Origin: Cyanophora paradoxa CCMP329 | Lineage: Eukaryota; Plantae; Glaucophyta | Direction of reading: 5' to 3' | Length of the DNA stretch: 64,000 nucleotides | NCBI GenBank assembly: GCA_004431415.1 | Contig: QPMI01000549.1 | Location: 62,001-126,000, forward strand | Shown: piece after piece, positions 60,075-64,000 of the stretch | Numbering within the stretch: the stretch's first letter is position 1 | Layout of the letters: the number at the start of each line of letters is the position of its first letter | Made by a program: the position numbers and the translations under genes | The notes under the pieces: generated by a model | What the model saw: the letters and a program-made list of their open reading frames with translations, nothing else | What the model was told of the DNA's origin: nothing | Databases searched by the model: none

Positions 60075-62805
60075 CTAGGCCGGTTTCTCGATGACTAGGG
60101 ACGGCGCGGCGCCTGGCGCGGCGCTCGCAGCCCCATCGGCGGCCTCCGCAGCGCCCGCCCGCCGCGGGCGCGCCCGCTCCCGCTCGCGGTCCCTGGGCGG
60201 GTCGTGGAAGTAGGGCACGACGCCGTCCAGACAGTCCCGCAGGATCGCGTTCGCTGTGGGCGGGGGAGGGGGGTACGAGTCACGAAGGGGATCGGACCCC
60301 GCTAAAGGGGCTGGGGGCGGTACCGGCGCGGTAGACGTCGGGGTGGCCGCCGCGCGTGAGGAAGCCGCGGCGCACCGCCAGCGCCTCGCAGATCGCCCAC
60401 GGCGACCAACTGGGGGTACAGGCACCGGCGCAGGCGTGAGCGCGGCGGGCCGAGGGGGTACGACGGCGAGGGCGCACGGCTCCGGCTCGGAGTCGAGCCC
60501 CGGCTCGGCCGGCTCGGGCTCGGGGAGCCTGCGAGGGCGGGGGGGCAGGACGTCGAACGAAGAAACAAAATTAAAAGGAAGGGGGCACGCGCACCGGTAG
60601 AGTGCGGGGAGGGGTACGCGGTGCGCGAGGAGGCGCACTGCGCTGTACGGCTCCCGCGTCTGGGCGATGGGGTACACCCCGCAGAGCACCTGCGAAGGAG
60701 ATCAGACGCGCAGACTCCCATAACAAAAGCGGGCGGCGGCGGGGGGGCGGGCCTGGAGGGCGCGGGGCTGGTCCAGGGCGGGGAAAACCAGGCCGGGGCA
60801 GTCGCAGAGGCGCAGCAGGGGGGACACGTGGATCGTCTGGAAGTGCTTCGTGTGCCCCGGCGACCTGCCGGGGGGAGGGGTGCGTGAGCGGTGGAGGAGG
60901 GGGACGGAGGGGTAGATGAGGGATTTGGGGGGTACCGGGAGGTGCTGACGACCTTGCGTCCGAGGAGGGCGTTGATGAGGCTCGACTTGCCTGCCGCCCC
61001 GGGCCGTCAGTGGAGGGGAGGCCGAAGGCGGAGGAAAGGGCGGGCGAGGGGGTCGGGTCGAGGGGCGGCCCCTATCTAGGGCGGGCGGGGCGGGGATGTT
61101 CACGCGGAGGGAGAGAGCGGCGCTAGATGGCATCGAGAACGGAGGGAAGCAAGGGGGGGCGAGGGGCGGCGGCTCGCCGGCGTTGGGGGGCCCGATGAAC
61201 CCGACGGTCACGACGCCCGAGGCGTCCTGGGGGTACGCGATGGGCGACGGGGCCGCCCGCCGCCCCGCGGAGGAGGAGAGCGAGGGCGAGGGCGAGGCGG
61301 AGAAGGGCGCGGCCGCCGCCGACAGGAGCGGCGGGGGCGGCCTCGCTGCCCCTTCCTCTTCCTCCTCCTCCTCTTCCTCCCCGATCTCGAGGTCTGCGGG
61401 GCCGGCATCAGAAAGGGCGAGGAAATTAAAAGAGTTTGCTCGGATTCGAACCGGAGAGATCGCGCCGGACGTCGCGCCCCGCCGCCGAGTCGCAGCTGCT
61501 GCTCTCGTCCCCGGAGTCCTCCCCCCCGCCGGCCTCCTCCGCCCCCCCCTCGCCCCCAGCCGGACGCGCGCCCGTACCCCGGGCCAGCTCCTCCTCCCTG
61601 GCCTCGGCGGCCTGCAGGAGGACCTCCGCGGCGCGCGGTAGTACCCGGGCGCAGGCCTCCAGGACCTCGCGCACCCCCAGGGCGGGCCGGCCGGCCCCCT
61701 GCCCCGCGCGCCGGCGCCGGCTCCGCACGCGCTGCCCGGCGGCCGCCGCCCGGTCCTCGCCCTCCTCGGCGGGGCGGGAGGAGAAGCGGGCGACGGGAAG
61801 GGCGTAGCGGCGCGCGAAGAAGTCGCGCCAGGCGTCCAGGGCGGGGCCGGGCACGAGGTCGGACTTGTTGAGGACCAGCACGGCCGGCTTGCGCAGCACG
61901 CGGCACACGAAGTCGTGCAGCCCCGGCGCGAAGTGGATGCGCGGGAACCTGAGCGGCGACCGGCGCGCGCACGGCCGCCCTCGCGGATCAAATTGGGCAT
62001 GTGAACGCATCCGAATTCGAACGGCAGCGCACCGCGCGTCGGCGACGAGGAGGAGCACGTCGCTCTTCTCCACGACGCGCCACAGCTGCCTCCAGACTTC
62101 TGCGCGCACGCACGCACCCCGCTCAGCCCCGCAGGCGGCGGGAGGAGAGCAGGCGAGCGCGGGCGCGCGCGGGCGCGCCGAGGTTGTGCTCGAAGAAGTT
62201 GAGGCGCTCGGGCTCGTAGGCGGAGTAGACGCCGTCGAGCCAGCGCTGGAAGCTCGCCCGCTCGCTCGCGTCCAGCTCCTCGTGTGTCATCTCCCGGCTC
62301 CACGGCGGCCGCCGCGGGATTGTGATCGTCTCCGCGTGGAAGTGGGCCGCCTCGACGGCGCCGCGGGGCCGCTCCGGCGTGAGCGGCCGGCGGCTGTCCC
62401 GGATGCGCCGCTCGATTTCCTCCTTCGGCTCCGGCGCAAAGACCGTCCGGAGCTTGTCGCGCTCCGGGGCCGCTGACGCGGATGCGCCTGGCGGCTCCCT
62501 CCCCCGCGCGCGGCCGCCGCCTGCGAGCCGAGACGCATGAGAGATGATCCTTTGATCATGTACACCGCCCGTCACTCGCCTGCGCGCGCTGAGCTGGCCT
62601 GCGGCTGGTTGCGCCCGCCGCCGCCGCGGCGCTCGTGCTCCTGCCGGGACGGCGGCTGGGACTGCGCATGGCCGTGGGTCACGCCTCCGTGCTGCGCCTC
62701 GTGCTCGCCGTCGCCGTCCGCTTGCGCTTTCTTCCTGGCTCGCTTCTCCTGTAGCTGTTTCTTCTTCGCCGCGCCTGAAAAGGCCTTCGCTCGTGTAGAT
62801 TGCAT
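60075..62805 (-). CDS. GNL1: Guanine nucleotide-binding protein-like 1 (circularly permuted YlqF/Lsg1-family GTPase)
   Basis: N-terminus FSGAAKKKQLQEKRARK; IPRRPPW; NFFEHNL/EVWRQLWRVVEKSD; G4 LNKSDL before G1 GPPNAG/KSSLIN; PGHTKHFQT; G3 CDCPGLVFP; YPIAQTREPY; WSPWAICEA; DVYRA/ANAIL. Confidence 0.92.
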
Positions 62806-62883
62806 CTCGCCGACTCCTCGGGCTCGCCCGAGCGCTTGCCTCTCGACGGCGCCTCTACCCCCCCTCATTCGCCGTTCGACAAG
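62806..62883. promoter_or_regulatory. Very short divergent (bidirectional) promoter region between GNL1 and aconitase
   Basis: Only 78 bp separate the inferred ATGs at 62805 (-) and 62884 (+). Confidence 0.55.
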
Positions 62884-64000
62884 ATGGCGCAGCGTGCGTC
62901 CCCGGCCTCGCCGCCCCTCGGAATAGATGTGCCTGCTCAATGAGCTCGTCTCCGGACGGCCGCGCCATACGCGACGCGCGCCGCCCGGCCAGATTTTGTC
63001 ACTGACATGCACCGGCGCAGCGAATCCGTTCGCGGCTCGTCTCGTGAAGTCGCTTGATGGAGCGAAATACTTCTCGCTCCAGGACCTCGGCGATGCCCGT
63101 CTTGGTGCGACAGTCCCGACCTCTTGGCCGGACGTCGCCGCGGCGCCCCTCCCGGCGTCATTCTATCAAGCTAAGGGACCGTGGAGGCCGGCGGGACCGG
63201 ATCGGCGGGCCCTCCCTCCCGTCGCGCCTGTTGAAGCGCCTCTTGACCCCGAAGCGTGCGATCGCAGCTAAGCTCCCGTACTCGATCCGCATCCTCCTGG
63301 AGAGCGCCCTGCGCAACTGCGACGAGTTCTCGGTCCACTCGAAGGACGTTGAGAAGATCCTGGACTGGCAGAACACCTCGAAGCAGGATGTCGAGATCCC
63401 GTTCAAGCCCGCTCGCGTCATCCTCCAGGACTTCACGTGCGCGCCGCTCGCGCGGCTCTCTTCTGCATCGCCCGCAGCCGCTCACACGCGTGCGGCGGCA
63501 GCGGCGTGCCGGCGGTCGTCGACCTGGCGGCCATGCGCGACGCCGTGAAGCGCCTCGGCGGCGACCCGGCGAAGATCAACCCGCTCGTGCCCGTGGATCT
63601 CGTCATCGACCACTCCGTGCAGGTGACACGCGCCGGGACGGCCCCCGCGCCCCGCCCCCGCCCCCGCCGACCGCCGCGGCCGTCGCTTCGCGCAGGTGGA
63701 CGCGCACGGGTCGCCGTCGGCGCTGGAGGAGAACCAGCGGCTGGAGTTCGAGCGCAACGCCGAGCGCTTCACCTTCCTCAAGTGGGGCTCCAAGGCCTTC
63801 AACGACCTCACCATCGTCCCCCCCGGCCCGCCCCCGCCCCGCCCCCGCCCCTCCTCCCTCCCGCCCTTCTAACCTCTTCGCAGGCTCCGGCATCGTGCAC
63901 CAGGTCAACCTCGAGTACCTCGCCCGCGTCGTCTTCAACAAGGTCCTTTCCTTTCCTTTCCTTCCTTCTTTCTTTCTCTTCCTGGCTGAGGGCCGGGGGC
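62884..64000 (+). CDS. ACO1: Aconitate hydratase, cytosolic AcnA/IRP1 type (5' part; runs off the window)
   Basis: Spliced: MAQ/PNPF...[20 protein letters not shown]...[57 protein letters not shown]...[13 protein letters not shown]...[22 protein letters not shown]. No obvious transit peptide. Confidence 0.96.

Noticed and set aside
1-64000. Long Arg/Pro/Ala/Gly-rich ORFs in the six-frame track
   Set aside because: These are expected in ~70% GC DNA. They are antisense or off-frame shadows and intron read-throughs of the spliced genes.

Overview
GC-rich eukaryotic nuclear DNA, roughly 70% GC by eye. It is probably from a unicellular alga or protist; the style recalls the glaucophyte Cyanophora, but I cannot confirm the species. 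Genes are broken by many short (mostly 55-90 nt) spliceosomal introns, so most ORFs in the supplied track are spurious or exon/intron read-throughs. Manual splicing gives, in order: an IQ + Sfi1-like repeat protein; a decayed F-box/LRR gene; a 7-copy tandem array of an uncharacterised (DUF7918-like) gene family built by two recent unequal crossovers (5.7 kb and 2.76 kb units); an ARM-repeat protein; a C2-domain protein with a prion-like region; a probable KAT14-like GNAT pseudogene; a secreted beta-propeller + HYR-like protein; a C2H2-BTB gene; a GPI-type subtilase; an alpha/beta hydrolase; a second F-box/LRR gene; a disrupted PbH1 beta-helix gene; GNL1; and the 5' part of cytosolic-type aconitase. 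A hAT-like MITE and a tiny poly(A)/TSD insertion lie at 53.3-54.1 kb. I saw no rRNA, tRNA or CRISPR. Two window-wide signals stand out. (1) A stereotyped 6-nt micro-insertion turns a triplet X into X-revcomp(X)-X. It is shown directly by paralog comparisons, disrupts genes through CTAG stops, and fills intergenic DNA with chains of palindromes. (2) GC-AG introns are very frequent (7 of 19 in the first gene).
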